DNA of 32,000 bases from the NCBI RefSeq assembly GCF_035285525.1, contig NZ_JAYKGW010000039.1:1-32000 (forward strand), given 5' to 3'. Each line of letters begins with the position of its first letter. The stretch's first letter is position 1. A model generated the notes under the pieces. The model saw nothing but the letters and a program-made list of their open reading frames with translations. It ran no database searches and was not told the origin of the DNA. Made by a program: the position numbers and the translations under genes. Below, piece by piece: positions 7,722 through 17,051 of this stretch. Origin of the DNA: Okeania sp. (GTDB taxonomy: Bacteria > Cyanobacteriota > Cyanobacteriia > Cyanobacteriales > Microcoleaceae).

Positions 7722-10700
7722 ATGATTAATATCCCAGGTTATCAAATTATTGCCAAAATTTATGAAGGTCCTAATTCTATAGTTTATAGAGCGAAACAAG
7801 AGCCAAATAATTTACCTGTTGTACTTAAACTTAGCCAAAGAAATACCTCTGGGGAATTAGGAAATAATCGATACAAAAAAGAATATGAAATTCTCAAGTC
7901 TTTAAATATTTCTGGAGTAAGTAAGGCTTATGGATTAGAAAAATATCAGAATACTTTAGTGATGGTAACAGAAGATATTGGTGGTACATCTCTCAAAACA
8001 TTAATTGCCTTAGAAAAGTTTACTATTTTAGGCTTTTTAAATTTGGCTATTAAGGTAGCTGAAAGTTTAGGAGAAATTCACAGTTCTAATATTATTCATA
8101 AAGATATTAATCCATCTAATATAATTTTTAATCAGACAACTGGGGAATTAAAAATTATAGATTTTAGTATTTCCTCTCTATTAACTCGCGATCGCTATAA
8201 ACTAGAAAATTCTAATATTTTAGAAGGTACTTTAGCATATATATCTCCGGAACAAACTGGTAGGATGAATTCTGCGATAGACTATCGTACAGATTTTTAT
8301 TCTTTGGGTGCTACTTTTTATGAACTATTAACTCAGGAACTACCTTTTAAGAATACTGATGCGATGGAATTAGTTCATGCTCATATTGCTAAACAACCGA
8401 AACCTCCCCATGAAATCAATCCCGAAATTCCCAAAATATTATCCAATATTATCTTGAAGTTATTAGCAAAAACTCCAGGGGAAAGATACCAAAGTGCTTG
8501 GGGTTTAATTTCTGATTTAGATGAATGTTTAAATCAACTTCAAACAACATCAACAATAGTAGAATTTCCTCTGGGTAGTCAAGATATTTCTGATAAGTTT
8601 CAAATTCCACCAAAGTTGTATGGGAGACAATCAGAAATCTCAGCACTAATGGGAGCTTTTGACCGTGTGAGTAATGGTAAAAAAGAAATGATGTTAGTAA
8701 CTGGTTATTCTGGGATAGGTAAATCAGTTTTAGTACAAACAATTTCTCAACCAATTATTCGTCAAGGTGGATATTTTATTTGGGGAAAATTCGACCAATT
8801 TCAACACAATATTCCTTATTCAGCAATTGTTAGTGCATTCTCGGAATTAGTTAGAATTATTTTAAGTGAAAGTGAAGCTAAATTGCATGAATGGAGAAAT
8901 AAACTTTTAGCAGCTTTTGGTACTAACGGGCAAATTATTATTGATGTAATTCCTGAATTAGAATTAATTGTCGGACCTCAACCAAAAATTCAAGAATTAG
9001 GAGCAACTGAAACTCAAAATCGTTTTAATATTATATTTCAAAAGTTTATTGAATTATTTTGTCAACCAGAACATCCTCTAGTTATTTTTCTTGATGACTT
9101 GCAATGGGCAGATTCTGCTACACTGAAGTTAATTAAATTAATGATGACGGATGAAGAAACAAAGCACTTATTTATAATTGGAGCATATCGAGATAATGAA
9201 GTTAATTATAATCATCATTTAATGATGACTTTAGATGCTATTTGGTCTCAGTCTGGGAATATTAATTATGGGCAAATAAATCAAATTAATTTAACTCCTT
9301 TAAAGTTTGAACATATCACTCAATTAATTGCCGAGACATTACATAGTGATAAAAACTCGGTTCAAGAATTAGCAGAGTTAGTAGAAACTAAAACAGGTGG
9401 AAATCCTTTTTTTGTCAATGAATTTATGAAAACTCTCTATCAGGAAAATTTGCTAAAATTTGATTTGGAAAGGATTCGGTGGGAGTGGGATATGGAGAAA
9501 ATTACCGCACTTGATATTACCGATAATGTGGTGGAGTTAATGATTGGAAAGTTACAAAAATTACCAACTTTAACTCAGAAGGTTGTTAGTTTAGTTGCTT
9601 GTGTCGGAAATCAATTTGATTTGAATACTCTTTCTTTAATTTATGAAAAGGAATCTTATGGAACTTTTCAAGATTTATTACCTGCTATTCAGGAAGGATT
9701 AATTCTACCTGCTTCGGAAACAGAAGCTGAAAATGTAGAATTGAATTTATATCCATTTTTAATTCTGAATTATAGATTTTTGCATGACCGAGTGCAACAA
9801 GCAGCTTACACTTTTATAGATGAATCGGAAAAACAAGCAGTACATCTGAAAATTGGTCGTTTATTGTTAGAAAATACTCCTCCAGAATATCGTGGGGAAC
9901 GAGTGTTTGATTTAGTAGATCATCTAAATTTAGGCAGAACTTTAATTACAGATGAACCAGAAAAAATTGAATTAGCAAAACTCAATTTAGAAGCTAGTAA
10001 AAAAGCTAAAGATGCCACAGCTTATGTAGCTGCTAAAGAATATATTACTGCAGGCATATCTCTATTAAATCAGAATTGTTGGGATAAATATTATGACTTA
10101 ACTTTTCCCGTATATAAAGAAGCAGCAGTAGTAGAATATTTAAACAGTAATTTCTCAGAAAGTGAAGCATTAATCAAAATAATATTAGATCATTCACAAT
10201 CTGTTCTGGAAAAGATAGAAGTTTATAATTTATTGGTGATTCAATATACTTTACGCAGTGATTATGAAAAAGCAATTGTCGCTGGGAAAAAATCTCTAGG
10301 ATTACTAGAAATAGAATTGCCAGAAACAGATTTACAAACAGCAATTAATCAGGAATTTGTTAAAGTTAAAGAAAATTTAGGCGACCAAGAAATTGCTAAC
10401 TTAATTAATCAAAAAGAGAATCAGACATCACAATCTAAAATCGCTTTAGGATTATTAACAAGTTTGATGGCATCTTGTTATTTAACTAATCCGGAACTAT
10501 GGACGTTAATGATACTCAAAGGCGTTAATATTTCCCTAGAATATGGTTCCATTGCCGAATCATGTCTTTGTTATACTAATTATGGAATAATTCTTAATAG
10601 TTATTTCGGAGATTATCACTCCGCATATCAGTTTGGTTTATTAGCTTTAAAACTAACAGATAAATTAGGAATTTCCGGATTAAAATGTAAAGCTTGTGCT

Positions 10701-13148
10701 GGATTTGCTAATTCATTAAGTTTTTGGTTTAAGCACATTAGAGAATCTAATTTAATTAACCAAGAAGGATATGGAGCTGCTTTAGAATCAGGAGATTTAG
10801 AATATGTGGGTTATCTTTTACATAACACATCTCTTAATTCATTATTTCAAGGTCAACCTATTCCAGAAATGTTGACAGAGATTTATCGCCATTTACAATT
10901 TGCTCAAAAAACTAAAAATCAACTTTCCATAGATACTTTAATTGGCATTAAAAATCTTCTAGAAAATCTGTCATTAAAATCTGAAAGTGAGGAGACTTAC
11001 TCTCTAGAAGACGAACAAATTAATTTCCATATTAATATAGCTGAAGAAACAGAATATTTAGGTAGTTGCCAAGAACATCAAAACTTTTATTCCTTGTGCA
11101 TATATCTGATTTATAAATCATATCTTTTCTATTTGTATGGAAACTTAGATGTAGCATTAGATAGTATTCTTTCAGCTAAAAAATATATCGGATTTATCAC
11201 AGGTACTTTACCCACTACCGAATTTAACTTTTATTATTCACTAATTTTAATTGCTTTTTACCCAAATGTTTCTGAAATTAAGCAAAAAGAATATTGGCAA
11301 CAAGTAGAAATAAATCAACAACAGATGAAAATTTGGGCAGATAACTGTGCCGACAACTTTGAACATAAATACTTATTAGTAGCAGCAGAAATTGCCAGTA
11401 TTTGCGGAGACAAAATAGTAGCAATAGACTTATATAATCAAGCTATAGAATCTGCCAGTAAAAATGAATTTATTCAATATGAAGCATTAGGTAATGAATT
11501 AGCCGTAAAATATTGGTTAAATCAAAATAAACCTAAATATGCTAGAGTGCATTTACTAGAAGCTTACTATAGTTATCAAAATTGGGGTGCAAATAGAAAA
11601 CTAAAAGACCTAGAAAATCAATATCCAGAACTACAAAATATATTAACAGTTAACAAACCAATGATCTACCCTCACAATACATCAATTTCCGATGATACTA
11701 ACAGTAATAGTCAATCTTTAGATTTAGCCACAGTTATTAAAGCATCTCAAGCAATTTCTAGTGAGATTGTCTTAGATAAATTATTATCTAAATTGATGAA
11801 AATTCTCATCGAAAATGCTGGTGCAGAAAAAGGGGTACTCCTACTATCAACAGAAGGTAAATTAATTAATAAAGCTGAAGCTACTTTAAATTCTCAAGAA
11901 GTGCTAGTGCAAAAGACGGAAATTAATCAATCTGAAGATTTACCACTAACAGTAATTAATTATGTAGAACGAACTCGCCAAGACGTCGTATTAAGTAATG
12001 CTTTTGCCGAAGACCGTTTCACAACCGACCCTTATATTGCCAAAATTAAACTTCAATCTGTTTTATGTACTCCGATTATTAATGGAGGCAAACTTATTGG
12101 AGTTTTATACCTAGAAAATAACCTAACTACAGGTGCATTTACTCCAGAACGTTTGGAGATATTAAGACTTTTATCCTCCCAAGCAGCAGTTTCTTTAGAA
12201 AATGCAATTTTGTATGCTTCAGTCGAACAAAAAATCCAAGACAGAACCCAAGAATTAAACGAAAAAAATATTCGACTGGAACAAACATTACACGAACTGA
12301 AGCGTACTCAATCCCAACTTATTCAAAGTGAAAAAATGTCAAGTTTAGGACAATTAGTTGCCGGGGTAGCTCACGAAATTAATAATCCTGTGGGCTTTAT
12401 TTATGGCAATCTTTCTCCTGCCAATGAATATATTTCTGACTTACTAAACTTGATTGAATTATACCAAGAAAATTATCCCGAACCTGTAGATGAAATTCAA
12501 GATGAAATTGAAGATATAGACTTAGAATTTCTCATCGAAGACTTACAAAAACTTTTAACTTCTATCAAAACCGGAGCCGAAAGAATTAGAGATATTGTGA
12601 TTTCTCTGCGCAACTTCTCCCGGTTAGATGAAGCTGATATGAAACAGATAAATATCCATGAAGGGATTGATAGTACCCTACTAATTTTACATACCCGTAT
12701 TAAAGAAAAATCAGATAGACGGGAAATTGAAATAGTCAAAAATTATGGTAATTTACCACAGGTTGCTTGTTATGCTTCTCAAATGAATCAAGTATTTATG
12801 AACTTGTTGAATAATGCAATTGATGCTTTAGAAAAACTGCGGGATAAAGAAAAAGAAGTAGACAATAAACCAACTATTATAATTTCTACTGAAGTCACAG
12901 ATTTACAAACAGTAAAAATCAAATTTTCTGACAATGGTAGTGGTATTAGTCCTGAAGCATTATCGAAAATATTTGACCCATTTTTTACTACTAAAGCAGT
13001 TGGTGTAGGTACAGGTTTAGGATTATCAATTAGTTATTCAATCGTAGTAGAAAAACATGGAGGTGACTTGAGTTGTGTTTCTGAACTTGGAAAAGGTTCA
13101 GAGTTCATTATTGAAATTCCTGTTAAAGCAAAAAATAATAATGGATAA
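7722..13148 (+). CDS. Multidomain sensor: N-terminal Ser/Thr-kinase-like domain, P-loop (AAA/STAND-type) NTPase, long helical/TPR-like region, GAF domain and C-terminal histidine kinase (HstK-type architecture)
   Basis: The kinase subdomains are VVLKL, IIHKDINPSN (8097-8105 = HKD), IIDFS (8160-8168) and LAYISPEQTGR. The Walker A motif GYSGIGKS is at 8703-8726 and the Walker B-like motif is LVIFLDDLQWAD. The GAF-like region spans about 11715-12215. The H-box is GVAHEINNP (His at 12372-12374), with N-box NLLNNAIDA, G1 DNGSGI and G2 GTGLGL. Confidence 0.92.
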   Translation: MINIPGYQIIAKIYEGPNSIVYRAKQEPNNLPVVLKLSQRNTSGELGNNRYKKEYEILKSLNISGVSKAYGLEKYQNTLVMVTEDIGGTSLKTLIALEKFTILGFLNLAIKVAESLGEIHSSNIIHKDINPSNIIFNQTTGELKIIDFSISSLLTRDRYKLENSNILEGTLAYISPEQTGRMNSAIDYRTDFYSLGATFYELLTQELPFKNTDAMELVHAHIAKQPKPPHEINPEIPKILSNIILKLLAKTPGERYQSAWGLISDLDECLNQLQTTSTIVEFPLGSQDISDKFQIPPKLYGRQSEISALMGAFDRVSNGKKEMMLVTGYSGIGKSVLVQTISQPIIRQGGYFIWGKFDQFQHNIPYSAIVSAFSELVRIILSESEAKLHEWRNKLLAAFGTNGQIIIDVIPELELIVGPQPKIQELGATETQNRFNIIFQKFIELFCQPEHPLVIFLDDLQWADSATLKLIKLMMTDEETKHLFIIGAYRDNEVNYNHHLMMTLDAIWSQSGNINYGQINQINLTPLKFEHITQLIAETLHSDKNSVQELAELVETKTGGNPFFVNEFMKTLYQENLLKFDLERIRWEWDMEKITALDITDNVVELMIGKLQKLPTLTQKVVSLVACVGNQFDLNTLSLIYEKESYGTFQDLLPAIQEGLILPASETEAENVELNLYPFLILNYRFLHDRVQQAAYTFIDESEKQAVHLKIGRLLLENTPPEYRGERVFDLVDHLNLGRTLITDEPEKIELAKLNLEASKKAKDATAYVAAKEYITAGISLLNQNCWDKYYDLTFPVYKEAAVVEYLNSNFSESEALIKIILDHSQSVLEKIEVYNLLVIQYTLRSDYEKAIVAGKKSLGLLEIELPETDLQTAINQEFVKVKENLGDQEIANLINQKENQTSQSKIALGLLTSLMASCYLTNPELWTLMILKGVNISLEYGSIAESCLCYTNYGIILNSYFGDYHSAYQFGLLALKLTDKLGISGLKCKACAGFANSLSFWFKHIRESNLINQEGYGAALESGDLEYVGYLLHNTSLNSLFQGQPIPEMLTEIYRHLQFAQKTKNQLSIDTLIGIKNLLENLSLKSESEETYSLEDEQINFHINIAEETEYLGSCQEHQNFYSLCIYLIYKSYLFYLYGNLDVALDSILSAKKYIGFITGTLPTTEFNFYYSLILIAFYPNVSEIKQKEYWQQVEINQQQMKIWADNCADNFEHKYLLVAAEIASICGDKIVAIDLYNQAIESASKNEFIQYEALGNELAVKYWLNQNKPKYARVHLLEAYYSYQNWGANRKLKDLENQYPELQNILTVNKPMIYPHNTSISDDTNSNSQSLDLATVIKASQAISSEIVLDKLLSKLMKILIENAGAEKGVLLLSTEGKLINKAEATLNSQEVLVQKTEINQSEDLPLTVINYVERTRQDVVLSNAFAEDRFTTDPYIAKIKLQSVLCTPIINGGKLIGVLYLENNLTTGAFTPERLEILRLLSSQAAVSLENAILYASVEQKIQDRTQELNEKNIRLEQTLHELKRTQSQLIQSEKMSSLGQLVAGVAHEINNPVGFIYGNLSPANEYISDLLNLIELYQENYPEPVDEIQDEIEDIDLEFLIEDLQKLLTSIKTGAERIRDIVISLRNFSRLDEADMKQINIHEGIDSTLLILHTRIKEKSDRREIEIVKNYGNLPQVACYASQMNQVFMNLLNNAIDALEKLRDKEKEVDNKPTIIISTEVTDLQTVKIKFSDNGSGISPEALSKIFDPFFTTKAVGVGTGLGLSISYSIVVEKHGGDLSCVSELGKGSEFIIEIPVKAKNNNG

Positions 13149-13191
13149 TTAATCATTAATAATTAATAATTAATCATTAATATAGCCATAA

Positions 13192-13432
13192 GAAATGATT
13201 TGTGAGAAAAAAACTGTAGGGGTTTGGTCTCCAAACCCTAGCGCTAACATATTTAAAGAACCCCCTTGAATCAAATCTTATAACCTATTTAGCATTGCTA
13301 TAATTGATAATTAATATATGAAATGATTTGTGAGAAAAAAAGTGTAGGGGTTTGGTCTCAAAACAAAATTGCTAAAGGGTTTGGAGACCAAACCCCTACG
13401 ATAAAATCTTACAACCTATTTAGCATTGCTAT
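13192..13432. mobile_element. Two tandem copies (13192-13302 and 13320-13432, period 128 bp) of the GTAGGGGTTTGG palindromic MITE family
   Basis: Both copies start GAAATGATTTGTGAGAAAAAAA(C/G)TGTAGGGGTTTGGTCTC and end AATCTTA(T/C)AACCTATTTAGCATTGCTATA. Copy 2 carries the full palindrome GTAGGGGTTTGGTCTC...GGAGACCAAACCCCTAC. Confidence 0.8.
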
Positions 13433-13468
13433 AATTAATAATTAATAATTGATGATTAATCTCTAATA

Positions 13469-13696
13469 TTACAGCACTTTTGAGGATGTTAAGGTACATT
13501 TTGAAAGATTAATATCTATCTTTGTAACACAGCCTTCTAGGCTGTAACCAACAAGATGCTTGTGTTACCAAATCCACTGTAACACAGCCTTCTAGGCTGT
13601 AACCAACAAGATGCTTGTGTTACCACTCATTACTAACAGACTTCCAGCTTTTAACAAAAAAAATTTTGTACCTCACTAACTCCGAAAGTGCTGTAA
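13469..13696. mobile_element. MITE with about 30-bp imperfect terminal inverted repeats and an internal 55-bp tandem duplication
   Basis: The left end is TTACAGCACTTTTGAGGATGTTAAGGTACA and the right end is TGTACCTCACTAACTCCGAAAGTGCTGTAA. The internal unit GTAACACAGCCTTCTAGGCTGTAACCAACAAGATGCTTGTGTTACCA starts at 13524 and again at 13579. Confidence 0.8.
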
Positions 13697-13765
13697 GTCT
13701 AATTAATTAGCCAAGCTACCTCTAGTTATCTAAAGATGACTTGTGTTGTTAATAAGAGGTAATTA

Positions 13766-13861
13766 TTACAGCAGATTCTATCTTAGTATGGTACAGCTAT
13801 GACAGCCTAGAAGGCTGAACTGCAAAATATTTGTACAACATAAACTTGGAATCCACTGTAA
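13766..13861. mobile_element. MITE of the TTACAGCAGATTC family
   Basis: The sequence is TTACAGCAGATTC...CAGCCTAGAAGGCTG (hairpin)...GGAATCCACTGTAA. The left end is identical to that of the 3679-3775 element. Confidence 0.7.
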
Positions 13862-13878
13862 TTATTAATTATTAATTA

Positions 13879-14763
13879 TTAATTATTCCCTGCTGCTTCA
13901 GGACTAAGAATAATAGTATATTCTCCACCATCGCTCTGCTGAATAACTACCACTGGAGGACTAACATTTGACGGGGCGTTTTTTGGGAGGGAGGGAAATA
14001 TATAATATTGACCATTTGTATCAAATAGCAGTCGCCAGATAACTTGGGGAAAGTCAGGGTCAGTTTTGTTATTGTAATCTCGTTCTAATAACTTTTTATA
14101 TAATTCTATATCTCCGATTATACGAAAATTGCTAATATTAGGATTGTCTGTTAAGTCACGAATTTTTCTGCCTAATGGAAGTTGGTTTTCTGGAGTTATT
14201 AAAGTTACTACTGGTAAAGATGATGTTTCGTTGTAAGCGTCTTGAATAGCATCAAGATTTCCTTGAGTTTTACCAAGGAAAAATAGAGTCATTAATAACC
14301 AGAAAATTATGACTATTTCTTTAATTAAAGCTTGGTCATAATCTTGATAGTTAATTTCTGCAAAATAAAAAAATGATTGAATATTACGGGTGATTTTAGG
14401 GCGTTTAATTTTCCCAATCCATCCCAATAATTTCCAACCCAATTTATTAATAAATTTATCTAGTTTTTGAGTTGAAAATTTAATCAGATTAAAAATAATT
14501 GGAATTATAATTGGAAGCAGGATAAAAGAAGCGATCGCAGTCCAAAGAGTACGGAATAAAGTTGAAAAATCTCCACGGGATAAGTTGCCGAAAAATACTT
14601 GTATTGGTACTATTAAAAATGATTCAAATGGTAAATCTAGGCTGGTTACTTCTAGTTGAAAATAACTGAAATAAGCCCAACGATAAATCCAACCTGTGAA
14701 ATATAAACCTATTCCTAAAAAACTTAATAAACCAGCAGTTTTTCCCAACATATTTTTTAGCAA
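13879..14763 (-). CDS. Hypothetical integral membrane protein (294 aa)
   Basis: The N-terminal half has several hydrophobic segments (LLSFLGIGLYFTGWIY, IASFILLPIIIPIIF, IVIIFWLLMTLFFL) and the C-terminal half is soluble. No family motif is recognised. Confidence 0.7.
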   Translation of the reverse strand: MLKNMLGKTAGLLSFLGIGLYFTGWIYRWAYFSYFQLEVTSLDLPFESFLIVPIQVFFGNLSRGDFSTLFRTLWTAIASFILLPIIIPIIFNLIKFSTQKLDKFINKLGWKLLGWIGKIKRPKITRNIQSFFYFAEINYQDYDQALIKEIVIIFWLLMTLFFLGKTQGNLDAIQDAYNETSSLPVVTLITPENQLPLGRKIRDLTDNPNISNFRIIGDIELYKKLLERDYNNKTDPDFPQVIWRLLFDTNGQYYIFPSLPKNAPSNVSPPVVVIQQSDGGEYTIILSPEAAGNN

Positions 14764-14801
14764 TTAACAATTAAAAATTACACCCTAAAATATTTAATAA
14801 A

Positions 14802-14889
14802 TGTAGGTTGGGTTGAGGGACGAAACCCAACAATAATACAATATGATCAGGCTTGTGTTGGGTTTCACTTCGTTCTACAAGGGCCTACA
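14802..14889. mobile_element. MITE of the TGTAGGTTGGGTT...AACCCAACA family
   Basis: The sequence is TGTAGGTTGGGTTGAGGGACGAAACCCAACA ... TGTGTTGGGTTTCACTTCGTTCTACAAGGGCCTACA. Relatives lie at 22156-22230, about 23263-23300, 26417-26460 and 26670-26712. Confidence 0.75.
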
Positions 14890-14980
14890 TTTTAGCCGTC
14901 TAACACACTCTAAAAATTTTGCACTAATATAGTAATTAAACATATTAGGAGTAATTAATATTTCTATCGGGTACTAATCT

Positions 14981-15565
14981 ATGAAGATAACTAAAATTAC
15001 CATCATTTTCCTCATGGCCTGCCTAACTTTAGGAATCCAAGATAGAAGACAAGTAATTGCTAACTCCAAACCTATAGTAGAAACTAAAGCTATATCAACC
15101 ACAAAACTTATTCCTTTTTCCTTCCCTACTAAAGCAACAGTGGTACTAAAAGATGGTGATAGTAGATCGGGTAAACTAACAGATATTAATTCTCAAAATA
15201 TTACTATTAAAAGAGGTCAGAAGATTGCTCAAGAAGCGATCGCTAATATTGATTGGATTGAATTTAATGGAGACATTTGGTGGCCAGCTTCTAGTAAGTA
15301 TACTAAGTTTCGTGGACTGGAAATAGAGACGAAATATAAACCCCGAAATTTTCAGTTACGAATGGATGGCTTGGAATGGGAAGATGCAGAAAACGGTGTT
15401 GCAAATGTTAAACCTGAAGCTGTGGTTGGAGTAGATGAGAGAGAAGGTTTGCCCCGTAGTATAAATACTTCTAATAAGAGTCGTTATATTGTCAGCAAGG
15501 TAAAGTTTGAACCAGATCAACAAATTTTAATTATTACTGCTACTTCTCAATCAAGAACAGAATAG
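14981..15565 (+). CDS. Hypothetical exported protein or lipoprotein (194 aa)
   Basis: The N-terminal signal-like segment is MKITKITIIFLMACLTLG, with a lipobox-like LMAC. No other motif is recognised. Confidence 0.65.
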   Translation: MKITKITIIFLMACLTLGIQDRRQVIANSKPIVETKAISTTKLIPFSFPTKATVVLKDGDSRSGKLTDINSQNITIKRGQKIAQEAIANIDWIEFNGDIWWPASSKYTKFRGLEIETKYKPRNFQLRMDGLEWEDAENGVANVKPEAVVGVDEREGLPRSINTSNKSRYIVSKVKFEPDQQILIITATSQSRTE

Positions 15566-15923
15566 ATATTTCTAGAAAAGAGGGAACAGGGAACACTTAA
15601 CCCACTCCTAACTCCTCCCAGGAGGCAGGGACTATTTATTGTCCCTAGAGAAAAAAAGAAGGAGGAGAAGGAAGACAAGGAAGACAAGGAAGAGGGGGGA
15701 GTGTGGAATTGAAAAAATATAGGGTTGAAATATTCTCTGACGACAAAGAATTAGCCCTGCTCCCAGTAGGGGAATAATTGATAATTTATAAATAAGAATT
15801 GATTGGATTTTTTATTTTTGGAGATATCTAATAGATATTTGCAGAAATTAATAGTTAATTTTTCACAATTTATCTACTATAATTGCTAGAATTTTAATAT
15901 TCATAATCTTTGGGATAATAACT

Positions 15924-16151
15924 ATGCTATCTGTCGAAGAACTAATTAAAGAAGCCTTATCTTTACCGAATATCCAGAGGACACTTTTAGTAGAAAAGTT
16001 GATTGAAAGTCTGGAGTTTGATATAGATGAAAAAATTCAAACTGCTTGGATAAATGAAGCTAAAAAACGTCGCGATGAAATTAAGAATGGTGATATTTTA
16101 CCCATCCCTGGAGAAGAAGCTTTAGCTAAGGTAAGGCGGATTTTAGAATAA
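15924..16151 (+). CDS. Addiction-module antitoxin component (TIGR02574-like small helical protein)
   Basis: The 75-aa protein MLSVEELIKEALSLP...WINEAKKRRDEIKNGDILPIPGEEALAKV has the family's typical pattern. Its stop overlaps the toxin start by 1 nt (TAATG). Confidence 0.8.
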   Translation: MLSVEELIKEALSLPNIQRTLLVEKLIESLEFDIDEKIQTAWINEAKKRRDEIKNGDILPIPGEEALAKVRRILE

Positions 16152-16444
16152 TGAAATATATTTTTCATCCTGCTGCTTTAACAGAATATTCTGAAGCTGT
16201 TGAATTTTATGCAGAGCGTCGAGTAGAAATTGCACAAAAATTTATTAATGCTGTGGAAAATACTATTTTCAAAATAGTTGAATATCCCACTCGTTGGCCT
16301 GCGATTGATCAAGATATTCGTCGATGTCTAATCCAGAAATTTCCTTATGGTATTATATACACAATTGAAGATAATTTTATTCTGATTTTAGCAGTTATGC
16401 ACTGCAGTCGAAAACCTGGATATTGGAAAGATAGGGTTAAGTAA
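16151..16444 (+). CDS. Type II toxin, RelE/ParE family
   Basis: The 97-aa protein reads YIFHPAALTEYSEAVEFY...FPYGIIYTIEDNFILILAVMHCSRKPGYWKDR, which is typical of ParE-like plasmid-stabilisation toxins. It is translationally coupled to the upstream antitoxin. Confidence 0.85.
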   Translation: MKYIFHPAALTEYSEAVEFYAERRVEIAQKFINAVENTIFKIVEYPTRWPAIDQDIRRCLIQKFPYGIIYTIEDNFILILAVMHCSRKPGYWKDRVK

Positions 16445-16567
16445 AAACTACTAAATTTTTGATATTTTTTTACCCTACTTTACTACGATAATTAAAGATT
16501 GTTGGGATTTGAAATATATTCTATTCCCGACTTTCTATTACCTTAAAAAAAAATACTGAATATCGCT

Positions 16568-16813
16568 ATGAGCATTATTATTTCTGATGAAATGTTGTGT
16601 ACCACTAGAATGACCGAATCTGAGATGAAATTGGAAATAGCTGTTATGCTTTTCCAAAAAGAAAAACTAACTTTAGGTCAAGCTAGTCGGTTTGCTGACA
16701 TGAATAGAATTGCTTTTCAGCATTTATTAGCTAGTCGGCAAATTCCAGTTCATTATGACGTAAAAGACTTGGAAAAAGATATTAAAAACTTACAGGAGAT
16801 GGGAATAATATGA
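16568..16813 (+). CDS. UPF0175-family antitoxin (the usual partner of DUF3368/PIN toxins)
   Basis: The 81-aa protein reads ...ESEMKLEIAVMLFQKEKLTLGQASRFADMNRIAFQHLLASRQIPVHYDVKDLEKDIKNL. Its stop overlaps the next ATG in ATGA (16810-16813). Confidence 0.8.
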   Translation: MSIIISDEMLCTTRMTESEMKLEIAVMLFQKEKLTLGQASRFADMNRIAFQHLLASRQIPVHYDVKDLEKDIKNLQEMGII

Positions 16814-16878
16814 TTGTTGTTAGCGATACTTCAGCTATTAATAACTTACCGTCAGTAGGGTGCGTTAGCGAAGCGTAA
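16810..16878 (+). pseudogene. Remnant (first 13 codons or so) of a DUF3368/PIN-domain toxin gene, truncated by a MITE
   Basis: MIVVSDTSAINNL is a typical PIN/DUF3368 N-terminus. From codon 15 the reading runs into the MITE terminal repeat (PSVGCVSEA*). Confidence 0.7.
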
Positions 16879-17046
16879 CGCACCGAAATATTTATCAGCA
16901 AAATTGAATATTTAGCAATACAAATGATTGCTAGTAAACACGTCGGTTTAATATGGTTCATTCGGATGTCGCCGATAGGAAAGCATAACGCATCGGAACA
17001 TTACGGTTTAGGCGGTGCGTTACGCTATCGCTAACGCACCCTACTG
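16853..17046. mobile_element. 194-bp MITE with terminal inverted repeats of about 32 bp, each itself a hairpin
   Basis: The left end is CAGTAGGGTGCGTTAGCGAAGCGTAACGCACC and the right end is GGTGCGTTACGCTATCGCTAACGCACCCTACTG, which reverse-complements to CAGTAGGGTGCGTTAGCGATAGCGTAACGCACC. Confidence 0.85.
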
Positions 17047-17051
17047 GACTA

